Shown here: one piece after another, positions 1-9,507 of the stretch
How positions within the stretch are numbered: the stretch's first letter is position 1
Layout of the letters: each line of letters begins with the position of its first letter
Assembly: GCA_036008175.1 (NCBI GenBank)
Contig: DASYOB010000098.1
Span: 4,343 to 68,342, forward strand
DNA: 64,000 nt
Direction of reading: 5' to 3'
From: Stellaceae bacterium
GTDB taxonomy: Bacteria > Pseudomonadota > Alphaproteobacteria > ATCC43930 > CGMCC-115725
Notes under the pieces: generated by a model
The model's database searches: none
Told to the model about the DNA's origin: nothing
Seen by the model: only the letters and a program-made list of their open reading frames with translations
Made by a program: the position numbers and the translations under genes

Positions 1-515
1 GGCGAGCGAAGATTCGGCCTGCGCCACATCGGTCCGGGTCACCTCGCCGACGCGAAACCGGTCGCGCGTGGCTTCGAGCTGCCGGTTCAATACCAGTTCG
101 TTGTTGCGGGCCACCTCAAGCAGCGTCTGGTCTCGCACGGTATCGAGATACGCCTGTGCCACCGCTTGAAAGACCGTGGTCTCGACAGCCAAGGTTTGCG
201 CTCGGGTGGCCTGCACGGTGTTTATCGCCTGGCGCGTTTGCGCCTCGGTACGGCCGCCGCGATAGAGCGGCTCCGTCACCGTAAGACTCATCGCTCTAGT
301 CGGGAAGCTGGAGAACGCCGTGGGAAAGTGCGAGACGGCAGTGCCCGCCCGGGTGTATCCGCCCTGAGCGTTGAAGGTGACCGTCGGCCGCCAGTTGGAG
401 AGCGCCTGCGGCACCTGCTCGTCGGTGGCGCGCAACAAAGCGCGCTGTGCGAGCAATTGCGGGTTGTTGTTGTAGGTGTAGGTAAAGGCTTCAGTCAGCG
501 TTTGCCCCGAGGCCG
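1..515. repeat. Copy A of a duplicated tolC 5' block (pairs with 1136-1650)
   Basis: Gap-free alignment of 1-480 to 1136-1615 with 26 mismatches by my manual count (~95% identity). Similarity weakens after ~515. Confidence 0.85.
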
Positions 516-600
516 GATGGCCGGCAATCAGCAGACCTGCTACGCCGATCGCCATCCGCAGCACCTGACCGCCCCCTTGGCAACCCCTAGACTGAGGCAT
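1..600 (-). CDS. tolC: TolC-family outer membrane efflux protein, 5' part only (continues past the left edge of the window)
   Basis: Minus-strand frame is open from ATG at 600 to position 1 (200 codons). It is absent from the ORF track because no stop lies in the window. My translation MPQSRGCQGGGQVLRMAIGVAGLLIAGHPASGQTLTEAFTYTYNNNPQLLAQRALLRATDEQVPQALSNWRPTVTFNAQGG...LYRGGRTEAQTRQAI... is a signal peptide plus the TolC N-terminal repeat. Confidence 0.8.
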   Translation of the reverse strand, partial: MPQSRGCQGGGQVLRMAIGVAGLLIAGHPASGQTLTEAFTYTYNNNPQLLAQRALLRATDEQVPQALSNWRPTVTFNAQGGYTRAGTAVSHFPTAFSSFPTRAMSLTVTEPLYRGGRTEAQTRQAINTVQATRAQTLAVETTVFQAVAQAYLDTVRDQTLLEVARNNELVLNRQLEATRDRFRVGEVTRTDVAQAESSLA

Positions 601-688
601 TCATCCCCTCAAACGATGAGCCCGGGCTCGCGTCGAACCCAGAGTAGCTGCATCGGCAGCTAATTGCGGGAGTATTCTGCCAAGCATG

Positions 689-1750
689 TTAACCAACGCC
701 CCCGGCATATTGGACGTTTGCAGGACAGTCGATGGATATCTGATTGATTTGTCTCGATATTATCCCAGATATTCCCCCTTCGTAGAGCGGCATTGTCAGC
801 TGTAACGTGGCCGAGGCCGAGTCCTGGCGTTCGTTGCTCAAGGTGACTGACGGCGCGGTGCTGCGGCTTAGAGTGCCCACGACCGAGATCTGCGGCAGCA
901 GCTGTCCACGCACCACGTCGATGCTGTCGCGTGCCGCCAGCTCGGTGAAGTTTGCTGAAATCACGTTCGGGTTGTCGTTCATCGCCAGGCTGAGCGCCTC
1001 GTCGCGCGTCGCCGGGAGGGCCGGCCGCTCGCGCGGCTGCATCAGGCGGCCGGGGGGGTGGCCGACCACGCGGGTATACTCAGCCCGGCTGACCTCGAGA
1101 ACACCTTCGGCATTGATGCGCTGCGCCGTTGCCTGGGCGAGCGAAGATTCGGCCTGCGCCACATCGGTCCGGGTCACCTCGCCGACGCGAAACCGGTCGC
1201 GCGTGGCCTCGAGCTGCCGGTTCAATACCAGTTCGTTGTTGCGGGCGACCTCGAGCAGCGTCTGATCACGAACGGTATCGAGATACGCCTGTGCCACCGC
1301 TTGAAAGACCGTGGTCTCGACGAACAAGGTTTGCGCTCGGGTGGCCTGCACGGTATTGATCGCCTGGCGCGTTTGCGCCTCGGTGCGGCCGCCGCGGTAG
1401 AGCGGCTGCGCCACCTGAAGACTCATCGCTCTAGTCGGGAAGCTGGAGAACGCCGTGGGAAAGCCCGGAACGGCAACGCCCGCCCGGGTGAATCCACCCT
1501 GAGCGTTGAAGGTGACCGTCGGCCGCCAGTTGGAGAGCGCCTGCGGCACCTGCTCGTCGGTGGCGCGCAACAAGGCGCGCTGTGCGAGCAATTGCGGGTT
1601 GTTGTTGTAGGTGTAGGTAAAGGCTTCGGTCAGCGTTTGCCCTGAAGCTGGCGCGGCAATGTGCAGCAACGCAACCGCCGCGACCACGGCATAACCCGGC
1701 GCGCGAGGCGACACCCGCCCGCGTTCTTGGTACCCCCTCGGCTGCGGCAT
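689..1750 (-). pseudogene. tolC: TolC-family outer membrane protein, 3'-truncated copy (possible pseudogene)
   Basis: Part of ORF 689..2026. Likely start is MPQPRGYQERG... at 1750, 7 nt after the pcm stop. Signal peptide, TLTEAFTYTYNNNPQLL and the first TolC repeat are complete. The second repeat ends ~10 aa after its LYEGG motif, and the last ~30 codons lie in AT-rich non-TolC sequence (689-790). About 110 aa of the expected C-terminal helices are missing. Confidence 0.55.
1136..1650. repeat. Copy B of the duplicated tolC 5' block (pairs with 1-515)
   Basis: See copy A. The offset is exactly 1135 nt and the reading frame is conserved. Confidence 0.85.
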
Positions 1751-1757
1751 CCAACCC

Positions 1758-2414
1758 TCAGAATACAAAGGCAGGCTTGGGGACAAACCCCGGTAAGAGT
1801 GGCGTAGCGGCGTCGAAGATAACGCGATGCGCGAGCACTCCGCCAGTGCGCACAACGACCGTCGCGCGTCCGACCCCGGAGACGGGGCGCAGGACCGCCA
1901 GCATACGCCCGCCTTCGCCGAGCTGGGCATCGATTTCGGCTGGGATCTCCGCCACGCCGCCACCGAACAGAATGACGTCGTAGGGGGCGCGCTGACGATG
2001 ACCTGCCTGCAGCGGCGCTTCGACATAGGTTACCGAGGCGATCCCATGCTCGACCAGCGCCGACCGGCCGAATCGGGCAAGATCGGCGTTTTCCTCAAGC
2101 GCGATGACGCTGCGCGCCATCATCGACAGCAGCGCCGCCTCGTATCCGACACCGGCGCCGACGACGAGCACGCTGTCTTTCCGCTCGACCGCAGCCACTT
2201 GCAACAGCCGCGCCGCCACCATCGGCTGCATCAAGTACCGGCCACCGCCGAGCGGCAGATCCTCGTCGATATAAGCGACGCCGCGCAGCTGCTCGGGCAC
2301 GAAAAGCTCGCGGCGGAGTTGCGAGAACGCGCGAATCAGCGCCTCGTCCGTCATCCTGTTGGGGCGAAGCTGGCTCTCGACCATGCTGGCGCGCGCCGTT
2401 TCATAAATGTTCAT
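1758..2414 (-). CDS. pcm: Protein-L-isoaspartate O-methyltransferase family protein
   Basis: 218-aa ORF with the SAM-binding motif VLVVGAGVGYEAALL. The pcm-like gene next to tolC is a conserved alphaproteobacterial arrangement. Confidence 0.85.
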   Translation of the reverse strand: MNIYETARASMVESQLRPNRMTDEALIRAFSQLRRELFVPEQLRGVAYIDEDLPLGGGRYLMQPMVAARLLQVAAVERKDSVLVVGAGVGYEAALLSMMARSVIALEENADLARFGRSALVEHGIASVTYVEAPLQAGHRQRAPYDVILFGGGVAEIPAEIDAQLGEGGRMLAVLRPVSGVGRATVVVRTGGVLAHRVIFDAATPLLPGFVPKPAFVF

Positions 2415-2467
2415 TGCATCACCGCGAGAAGAACGATGCCGAAGTCCCGGAAACCGCCGCGTTGCCA

Positions 2468-2496
2468 GTTATATCGGGCTCGCCGTTCTATCACAA
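2468..2496 (-). promoter_or_regulatory. Candidate sigma70-type promoter for pcm-tolC
   Basis: Minus strand reads TTGTGA - 17 nt - TATAAC, about 55 nt upstream of the pcm start. Pattern match only. Confidence 0.25.
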
Positions 2497-2524
2497 TCGC
2501 CCAACCATATTAGGAAGCACCTTC

Positions 2525-3022
2525 CTAGTCTTCGCCGAAAACGCGTATCGGCTGACCGGCAGGCAGCCGAGCCAACAGCTCTGTCGCGGTCAAGCCGAGA
2601 AAGGGATGCCGCCATCGCGGCGCAATCTCGCAAAGCGGCGCGAGCACGAAGCGCCGCTCGTGCAGTCGAGGATGCGGCAGCACCAGCCGCGCGGTGGTGC
2701 AGCGACGACCATCGTAATCGAGCAGATCCAAGTCGAGCGTGCGAGCGGCGTTGAGCTCGCCTCGAACCCGCCCGAACCGTGATTCGAGCTCCAGCAGCCG
2801 GTCGAGCAATGGCTCCGGCGCCAGGCCTGTCGCAGCCGCGACGACTGCATTGACGAACCAGGGCTGATCCGACCGGGGCACCGGTTCCGACAAATACCAT
2901 CGCGATCGTCGCACGATCTCGATCCCAGTCATCGGCAGCTCTTCAAGCGCCGCCGCCGCCGTTTCGAGCGGCGAGCCGAATTGCAAAGCGGCAAGATTGC
3001 TGCCGATACCAATAAGGATCAC
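2525..3022 (-). CDS. folK: 2-amino-4-hydroxy-6-hydroxymethyldihydropteridine diphosphokinase
   Basis: 165 aa. MILIGIGSNL...RTLDLDLL...LPHPRLHERRFVLAPL are typical HPPK motifs. Confidence 0.9.
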   Translation of the reverse strand: MILIGIGSNLAALQFGSPLETAAAALEELPMTGIEIVRRSRWYLSEPVPRSDQPWFVNAVVAAATGLAPEPLLDRLLELESRFGRVRGELNAARTLDLDLLDYDGRRCTTARLVLPHPRLHERRFVLAPLCEIAPRWRHPFLGLTATELLARLPAGQPIRVFGED

Positions 3023-3114
3023 CGGCGGCTCCGTGATTTTGCGCCCCGCTTGACGTCAAATCTCTGCCGGATAAAACTCGCCTGCATTTTTTTCGAATCG
3101 TGCTGGAGCCTCAG

Positions 3115-3696
3115 ATGCTTTTCTATCCAGAAGAACGAATCGCAATATTCATTGATGGTGCCAATCTTTATTCTGCCGCCCGCGGTTTGGCGTTTGATAT
3201 CGACTACAAGCGGCTGCTCGATCTCTTTCGGTCGAAAGGGCGGCTGATCCGCGCTTTCTATTATACGGCGCTGATCGAGGACCAGGAATACTCGCCAATA
3301 CGGCCGCTCGTCGATTGGCTTGATTACAATGGCTATACCATGGTCACCAAGCCGACCAAGGAGTTCACCGACTCGCTCGGCCGGCGCCGCATAAAGGGCA
3401 ATATGGATATCGAGCTGGCGATCGACATGCTCGAAATGGCAGAGCATATCGATCACGCAATCCTGTTCTCCGGCGATGGCGATTTCCGCCGGCTGGTTGA
3501 GGCGGTGCAACGGCGCGGTGTGCGCGTGTCGGTCGTATCGACGATCCGCTCGACGCCGCCGATGGTCTCCGACGATCTCCGCCGCCAGGCCGACAGCTTC
3601 ATCGAGCTTCAGGAGCTGGCGCCCAGCATCACCCGCAACCATCATTCGCGCGACGAGGTCCCACGCAGCCGGCCCGAGGTGGTCGAGCCCGCGTGA
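3115..3696 (+). CDS. NYN-domain (LabA/DUF88-like) protein
   Basis: ORF 3100..3696. ATG at 3115 is preceded by GGAG with 6-nt spacing. IAIFIDGANLY...GNMDIELAIDM...ILFSGDGDF is the NYN/LabA signature. Confidence 0.85.
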   Translation: MLFYPEERIAIFIDGANLYSAARGLAFDIDYKRLLDLFRSKGRLIRAFYYTALIEDQEYSPIRPLVDWLDYNGYTMVTKPTKEFTDSLGRRRIKGNMDIELAIDMLEMAEHIDHAILFSGDGDFRRLVEAVQRRGVRVSVVSTIRSTPPMVSDDLRRQADSFIELQELAPSITRNHHSRDEVPRSRPEVVEPA

Positions 3697-4358
3697 GCGA
3701 GGCGGCCACATCCACCGCCCTTCCGGACCAAATTCCCGGACGAGAGTGCGCGCTGTGCCCGCGGCTCGCCGCATTCCGCGCGGCGCAGCGGGTAGCGCAT
3801 CCCGAGTGGTTCAACGCGCCGGTTCCGTCGTTCGGCCCGGACTCGGCCGAGCTGCTGATTGTCGGCCTCGCGCCGGGGCTGCGAGGGGCGAACCGCACCG
3901 GTCGACCGTTCACCGGGGATTACGCCGGGGATCTCTTATATCGCAGCCTACTAAAGTTCGGTTTCGCGACAGGAGATTACCGCGCCGATCCGGATGACGG
4001 GCTGAAGTTGCGCCGTGCGCGAATCGCCAACGCGGTGCGCTGCGTCCCGCCGCAGAACCGCCCGGATCCGGCGGAAATCGCGGCCTGCGGCCGGTTTCTC
4101 GTGGCAGAACTTGCGCGCTTGCCGAGCGTGAGGGCGATCCTCGCCCTCGGCGCCATCGCCCATAATGCCGTCCTGGCGGCGAAGGGCCTCAGGCGGGCCC
4201 GCTACCCCTTTGCACACGGCGCTCTGCATGAGCTGCCAGATGGCATTGTGCTCGCCGACAGCTATCACTGCTCGCGGCTCAACACCAACACCGGGAGACT
4301 CACGACCGAAATGTTCGAGGCGGTGATCTCCCGCCTCGCCGACCACCTCGCCGCGTAA
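3693..4358 (+). CDS. Uracil-DNA glycosylase superfamily protein (family 5/UdgB-like)
   Basis: 221 aa. Motifs CxLCPRL, GLAPGLRGANRTGRPFTGD and SYHCSRLNTNTGRLT. GTGA overlap with the upstream stop. Confidence 0.85.
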   Translation: MSEAATSTALPDQIPGRECALCPRLAAFRAAQRVAHPEWFNAPVPSFGPDSAELLIVGLAPGLRGANRTGRPFTGDYAGDLLYRSLLKFGFATGDYRADPDDGLKLRRARIANAVRCVPPQNRPDPAEIAACGRFLVAELARLPSVRAILALGAIAHNAVLAAKGLRRARYPFAHGALHELPDGIVLADSYHCSRLNTNTGRLTTEMFEAVISRLADHLAA

Positions 4359-4366
4359 GAACCGCC

Positions 4367-4831
4367 TCAGAGATCGCGCGAACGCAGCAGGCGGGCTTTG
4401 TTCCGCTGCCAATCGCGATCGCGATCGGCCTGGCGCTTGTCCGCCTTGCGCTTGCCGTGCGCGACGCCGAGCTCGACCTTGGCCCGCCCGCGCTCGTTGA
4501 AATAGATCGACAGCGGCACGATGGTCACGCCCTCGCGTCGGATCGCACCCAACAACCGGTTCATTTCCCTACGGTGAAGCAGCAGCTTTCGCGGCCGGCG
4601 CGGATGGTGGTTGAAATGGGACGAGGATTTGTATTCGGGGATATTGGCGTTGACCAGAAAGAGCTCACCGCCTTCCGCGTTTGCATAGGCCTCGGCGATG
4701 CTGGCGCCCCCCAGGCGCAGCGACTTGACCTCGGTGCCATGCAGTACCAGCCCGGCTTCGAGCGTGTCCTCGACCAGATAGTCATGACGAGCGCGGCGAT
4801 TCAGCGCGGCGTAACGCTCGGTGCCCCGCAT
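4367..4831 (-). CDS. smpB: SsrA-binding protein SmpB
   Basis: 154 aa. NRRARHDY...GTEVKSLR...NANIPEY...[16 protein letters not shown]. Confidence 0.95.
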   Translation of the reverse strand: MRGTERYAALNRRARHDYLVEDTLEAGLVLHGTEVKSLRLGGASIAEAYANAEGGELFLVNANIPEYKSSSHFNHHPRRPRKLLLHRREMNRLLGAIRREGVTIVPLSIYFNERGRAKVELGVAHGKRKADKRQADRDRDWQRNKARLLRSRDL

Positions 4832-4859
4832 GCCGCGGCGCGCGCCCTCAACCTGACGG

Positions 4860-5735
4860 CTAGTTGATCAGGCCGGCGCCGCGCATCGCCCGCTGCACCT
4901 TTTCCTGGGTCTCAGGCATCAGATGCCAGAGCGGCTGACGCACCTCGGCGGTGCAGCGGCCCAGCAGCGAAGCGGCGTATTTGACCGGCGCCGGGCTGGT
5001 TTCAACGAACAATGCGTCGTGCACCGGAATGAGGCGCTCGTTGATCTCGCGCACGGTCTTCACATCGCCACGCTGCCAGGCCTCGTGCATCTCCGAGCAG
5101 AGCCGCGGTGCGATGTTCGCCGTTACCGAGATGCAGCCGTCGCCGCCCTGGGCGAGATATGCGACCGCGGTCGCATCCTCGCCGGACAACAGGCAGAAGC
5201 CGTTGCCGATCTCGATCCGCATCTTCAGCGGCCGTGCGAGATCGTTGGTGGCGTCCTTGACCCCGATGATGTTCGGCAGCTTGGCGAGGCGCGCCATAGT
5301 GGCGTTGCTCATATCGACGGCGCTTCGCCCCGGAATGTTGTAGATGACGATCGGCAGGTCGACCGCGTCATGCACCGCCTTGAAGTGCTGATAGAGGCCT
5401 TCCTGCGTCGGCTTGTTGTAATAGGGGCAGACGATCAGCGCCGCGTCCGCGCCGGCTTCCTTGGCAACCCGCGTCGCGGCAATCGTATGCGCGGTGGAGT
5501 TGAACCCGGTACCCGGGATGACGGGCGCGCGGCCCTTGGCTACCTCGACGCAGAGTTTGATCAGGCGCTCCTGTTCGTCGTCTTCGAGCGCCGGACACTC
5601 GCCGGTTGTACCGATCGGCACCAGGCCATGCGTTCCCTGGCCGATCTGCCAGGCGACGTGCTCCTGAAACGCGGTTTCGTCGACGGCACCGTCCCGGAAC
5701 GGGGTGATCAACGCGACAAGCGACCCCTTGAACAT
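4860..5735 (-). CDS. dapA: 4-hydroxy-tetrahydrodipicolinate synthase
   Basis: 291 aa. [13 protein letters not shown]...GTTGE...[14 protein letters not shown]...GVKDAT. Confidence 0.95.
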   Translation of the reverse strand: MFKGSLVALITPFRDGAVDETAFQEHVAWQIGQGTHGLVPIGTTGECPALEDDEQERLIKLCVEVAKGRAPVIPGTGFNSTAHTIAATRVAKEAGADAALIVCPYYNKPTQEGLYQHFKAVHDAVDLPIVIYNIPGRSAVDMSNATMARLAKLPNIIGVKDATNDLARPLKMRIEIGNGFCLLSGEDATAVAYLAQGGDGCISVTANIAPRLCSEMHEAWQRGDVKTVREINERLIPVHDALFVETSPAPVKYAASLLGRCTAEVRQPLWHLMPETQEKVQRAMRGAGLIN

Positions 5736-5933
5736 GGCTTCCTCCCGGCTCTCGCCCGCGGGCCCGAGGCACGATAGTCCCCGCCGCCGCTAGCTTCAAC
5801 ATCACCGAGCGGGCGTCGTTGCCTCGACCGGGCGGCGGCTGCGGTTACCGACGGTTACAGAAAACTTGCGGCGCTGCAAAAAAACCCGTAAGCATGGCTT
5901 ATCACTCTGTCCGGTAGATCGGAGCGGCGGGCA

Positions 5934-7898
5934 TTGTTCTCGGTCTTTCGCGTTTTATTTGTGACGGGCGGCATTCTTGCTTCGCTTACTGCGTTAGCTC
6001 AAGCCGACAACAGCAACAACAGCGGCGATACCGAACAGAGCGCGGCTATCGCGGCACTTGCCGCGGCGCATAGCGGGGACTGGGCCCAAGCCTACGCCCG
6101 GGCCGGGCAGCTGCAGGATCCGCTGCCACTCAAGATGGTCCGCTGGCTCGACTACATCCGGTCGAATGCCGGTTACCGCTTCGCCGACATCGCCGGCTTT
6201 ATCGACCAGAACCCCGGTTGGCCACTGCAAAAGAAGCTGCTGCGCCGCGCCGAAGAGGGCTTGGGCGTGCAAGCCGAGGATGTCGCGGCCGATTGGCTGA
6301 AGCGGCACCCGCCGATCAGCGCGGCTGGGAAGGCCCGCGGGGCCGAGCTGATGATCAGCCACGGCGATACCGAGGCTGGCACAGCCGCGCTGCGGGCGGC
6401 CTGGATCGAGGGCGATTTCACCCCGGCCGACGAGCACCGGCTGCTGACACGCTTCTCCGCGACATTCCGGCCGGAAGACAACGCCAAGCGGCTCGACCGG
6501 CTGATCTGGGATGGCGATGCCGATGCGGCGCGCCGAATGTTTCCGCTGGTTTCTGCTGATCAGCGCGCAGTGGCGGAGGCGCGGCTCGCGCTCGCGAGCG
6601 ATGTGCCAAACGTTGAAAAATTGGTTGCAAAAGTCCCAGCGCAGCTTCGCTCGGACCCCGGCCTCGCCTTCGAAGAAGCGCGGTGGGACCGGAAGAAGGG
6701 CTTTTTTGACACCGCCGCGCAGATCCTGCTCGCTCACCCCGACAACCCGCTAAATCCCGCAGCCTGGTGGGACGAACGCCAGGAGATTGCGCGCCGGCTG
6801 CTTGTCGCCGGCAATGCCGATCTCGCCTATCGGCTGGCCGAGCAGCATGCGACGACTGATGGCGCGGCCTATTGCGACGCGGAATTCCTAACCGGCTACA
6901 TAGAGCTGCGATACCGCAACGACCCGGCCGGCGCCTTCGAACATTTCTCCCATATTCTTGCCCGCGCCACCGGCACCTACGGCAAGGCACGCGGCGCCTA
7001 CTGGGCCGGGCGCGCGGCCGAAGCGGAAGGCAAGCAGGATCTGGCGACCAAATGGTACACCGCTGGCGCCGAGAACATGGCGACCTTCTATGGCCAGCTC
7101 TCCGCTCATCAGCTCGGCAAGGATGCACCACCGCACCCGGTGCCGGAACCGCGGCCGGACAGCGCGCAGCAGGCCAAGTTCGATGCTCAGGAGCTGGTCC
7201 GCGCGACGCACCTGTTCTTCGCCGCCGGCGATCGCGACCACGCTGGCAAGTTCCTGCTGCAGCTGGCGGATCAGGCAAAAACTCCGGTCGATTTCGGCAT
7301 GCTCGCCTCGCTCGCCGAGGCGCACGGTCGGATCGACCTGGCGATCGCCGTGGCGCGACGGTCGGTCGGTGCCGGAATGCCGCTGATGGTGCACGGATAC
7401 CCGGTGACCACACTCCCCAGTGGCGGCACAACCGAGCCTTCGCTGCTGTTCGCGATCGTCCGCCAGGAAAGTGCCTTTGCTCCGGATGCGACAAGCCGCG
7501 TCGGGGCACGCGGTCTGATGCAGCTGATGCCGGCCACCGCAGCCAATGTCGCGAGCAAACTGCAGCTGCCGTTCTCGCTCGACCGGCTGACCACTGACGG
7601 CGTCTACAATCTCGAGCTCGGCCGGTCCTATATCGAGAGGCTGATCGAGGATTTCGGCGGTTCCTATCCGCTGGCCATCGCCGCATATAACGCCGGTCCC
7701 GGACGCATTAAACAGTGGCTGCAAGCGTTTGGCGACCCGCGCGGCCGCGCCATCGGCATGGTCGATTGGATTGAGTGCATCCCGTTCAACGAGACGCGGA
7801 CGTATGTGCAGCGGGTATTGGAGAACCTGCAGGTCTACCGCGGTCAGAACGCCGACAACGTCGCCGCGTTTTCCCTCGCCGCCGACCTCGCCCGCTGA
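5934..7898 (+). CDS. slt: Soluble lytic murein transglycosylase (Slt70-like)
   Basis: 654 aa with TTG start and a signal peptide. Long helical N-terminal domain and a C-terminal SLT domain (RQESAFAPDATSRVGARGLMQLMPATA...AAYNAGPGR). Confidence 0.85.
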   Translation: MFSVFRVLFVTGGILASLTALAQADNSNNSGDTEQSAAIAALAAAHSGDWAQAYARAGQLQDPLPLKMVRWLDYIRSNAGYRFADIAGFIDQNPGWPLQKKLLRRAEEGLGVQAEDVAADWLKRHPPISAAGKARGAELMISHGDTEAGTAALRAAWIEGDFTPADEHRLLTRFSATFRPEDNAKRLDRLIWDGDADAARRMFPLVSADQRAVAEARLALASDVPNVEKLVAKVPAQLRSDPGLAFEEARWDRKKGFFDTAAQILLAHPDNPLNPAAWWDERQEIARRLLVAGNADLAYRLAEQHATTDGAAYCDAEFLTGYIELRYRNDPAGAFEHFSHILARATGTYGKARGAYWAGRAAEAEGKQDLATKWYTAGAENMATFYGQLSAHQLGKDAPPHPVPEPRPDSAQQAKFDAQELVRATHLFFAAGDRDHAGKFLLQLADQAKTPVDFGMLASLAEAHGRIDLAIAVARRSVGAGMPLMVHGYPVTTLPSGGTTEPSLLFAIVRQESAFAPDATSRVGARGLMQLMPATAANVASKLQLPFSLDRLTTDGVYNLELGRSYIERLIEDFGGSYPLAIAAYNAGPGRIKQWLQAFGDPRGRAIGMVDWIECIPFNETRTYVQRVLENLQVYRGQNADNVAAFSLAADLAR

Positions 7899-7945
7899 CC
7901 CTTCCCCGGTGGGGTATCGATTTGCTCCCAGCCTGATCCGGACGG

Positions 7946-8986
7946 GTGAGGATGCGATTGCGGCTGATCGACTTCGACCCGGATCGCAGGCACAATAGTT
8001 CGACGCGGCTGGCCATAGGTGCCTACTTGTCCGATCTCCATTATGCGGTGGAGCTGACGCCCCCGGATATCGAACCCTATAGGGCGGGCAATACCGGCAT
8101 CGACTACGTCCACACCTTTACCTCGGTTGAGGCGGGGCCGCACGTCCTCATTACCGCGTTGACGCATGGCAACGAGATCTGCGGCGCGATCGCCCTCGAT
8201 CGACTGCTCCGCGCCGATATCCGACCGCGCCGCGGCAAGTTGACGCTCGCCTTCGACAATGTCGCGGCATATCGCGAATTCGACCCGCGCTATCCGATCG
8301 CCTCGCGCTACGTCGACGAGGATTTCAACCGGCTGTGGAACTCGGAGACGCTCGACGGCCCACGCCGGTCGGTCGAGCTGGAGCGCGCGCGAGCTTTGCG
8401 CCCGATCGTCGATGCCGCGGATTTTCTGCTCGACATGCACTCGATGCAGCACGCCACCGCGCCGTTGATGCTGGCCGGGCTGTTGCCGCGTTCCCGCGAG
8501 CTGGCACGCCGGGTCGGGATTCCCGAGCTGATCATGTGCGACGCCGGCCACGCCGCCGGTCCGCGGATGCGCGATTACGGCGGTTTTGGCGATCCCAGTT
8601 CGAGCAAGACGGCGCTGCTGATCGAGTCAGGCCAGCACTGGGAGCGCCGTGCCGCGGAGGTCGCCGGCGACGTGATGTTGCGGTTTCTGATCGCGACCGG
8701 ATGTGTGAGCCGCGACGATGTGACGGTGCTCGGCGGACCCGAATTCGACGCACAGCCGCGACAGCGCACGATCGAAGTGACCGAGGCGGTCACGATCAGC
8801 AGCGATCGCTTCGATTTTGCCGACGATTTCCGCGGGCTCGAGGTGCTGAGCGAAAAGGGCACTCTGATTGGCCACGACGACGGCCGTGAGGTGCGCACGC
8901 CCTACGATAATTGCGTGCTGATCATGCCGTCGCGCCGGCTCGTCAAGGGCCAGACGGCAGTCCGGCTTGGGCGGTATATCGACTGA
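7946..8986 (+). CDS. Succinylglutamate desuccinylase/aspartoacylase (M14-like) family protein
   Basis: 346 aa. GPHVLITALTHGNEICGAIALDRLL and DMHSM motifs. Start uncertain (GTG 7946 or ATG 7952). Confidence 0.8.
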   Translation: MRMRLRLIDFDPDRRHNSSTRLAIGAYLSDLHYAVELTPPDIEPYRAGNTGIDYVHTFTSVEAGPHVLITALTHGNEICGAIALDRLLRADIRPRRGKLTLAFDNVAAYREFDPRYPIASRYVDEDFNRLWNSETLDGPRRSVELERARALRPIVDAADFLLDMHSMQHATAPLMLAGLLPRSRELARRVGIPELIMCDAGHAAGPRMRDYGGFGDPSSSKTALLIESGQHWERRAAEVAGDVMLRFLIATGCVSRDDVTVLGGPEFDAQPRQRTIEVTEAVTISSDRFDFADDFRGLEVLSEKGTLIGHDDGREVRTPYDNCVLIMPSRRLVKGQTAVRLGRYID

Positions 8987-9507
8987 CGCCGCCGATCCCG
9001 CCCCGCAAGCACAGCTTTCCACCGATCGTCGACGCGCGCTCGCGTGTGCTCGTGCTGGGCACGCTACCCGGCGAGGAATCGCTGCGCCGGGCCGAGTATT
9101 ACGCGCATCCCCGCAATCTGTTTTGGCCGATCGTGTTTGCCCTGTTTGGCCGCGATGCGCCGCCTCCAGTCTATGCTGAGAAGCTGGCCTTTGTACTGGC
9201 GCAGCGGATCGCGCTTTGGGACGTCTGCGAGGCGACTCAACGTCTGGCCAGCGCGGATTCGACGATCGCGGATGAGCTCCCGAACACCATCCATGACCTG
9301 CTCGATGCACATCCGGGCATCTGTGCCGTCGCCTTCAACGGCAGCGGCGCACGCCGGCTCTATGATCGTCATTTCACCCGACGGCCCGGCCTCCTCTATC
9401 TCGCGCTACCCTCGACAAGTCCGGCTCATGCTCGCCTTGGCTTCGCTGAAAAGCTTGCGTCCTGGAAGCTGCTGTGGGAAGCGGCGCGGACAGCGCAAAC
9501 TTTCTAA
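8911..9507 (+). CDS. DNA-deoxyinosine (hypoxanthine) glycosylase, UDG family 6-like
   Basis: SFPPIVDARSRVLVLGTLPGEESL...YYAHPRNLFWPI...LPSTSPA. The only canonical in-frame start upstream of the conserved N-terminus is ATG 8911, which gives a 76-nt overlap with the previous gene. GTG 9046/9052 would remove the motif, so the start is uncertain. Confidence 0.75.
   Translation: MRADHAVAPARQGPDGSPAWAVYRLTPPIPPRKHSFPPIVDARSRVLVLGTLPGEESLRRAEYYAHPRNLFWPIVFALFGRDAPPPVYAEKLAFVLAQRIALWDVCEATQRLASADSTIADELPNTIHDLLDAHPGICAVAFNGSGARRLYDRHFTRRPGLLYLALPSTSPAHARLGFAEKLASWKLLWEAARTAQTF

Noticed and set aside
6418-7686. 422-aa minus-strand ORF (plus 6888..7724 and several others) inside the slt gene
   Set aside because: It is an Arg/Pro/Ala/Gly-rich shadow frame antisense to a gene with clear SLT-domain homology. 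This is typical of high-GC DNA, and no recognisable motif is present.
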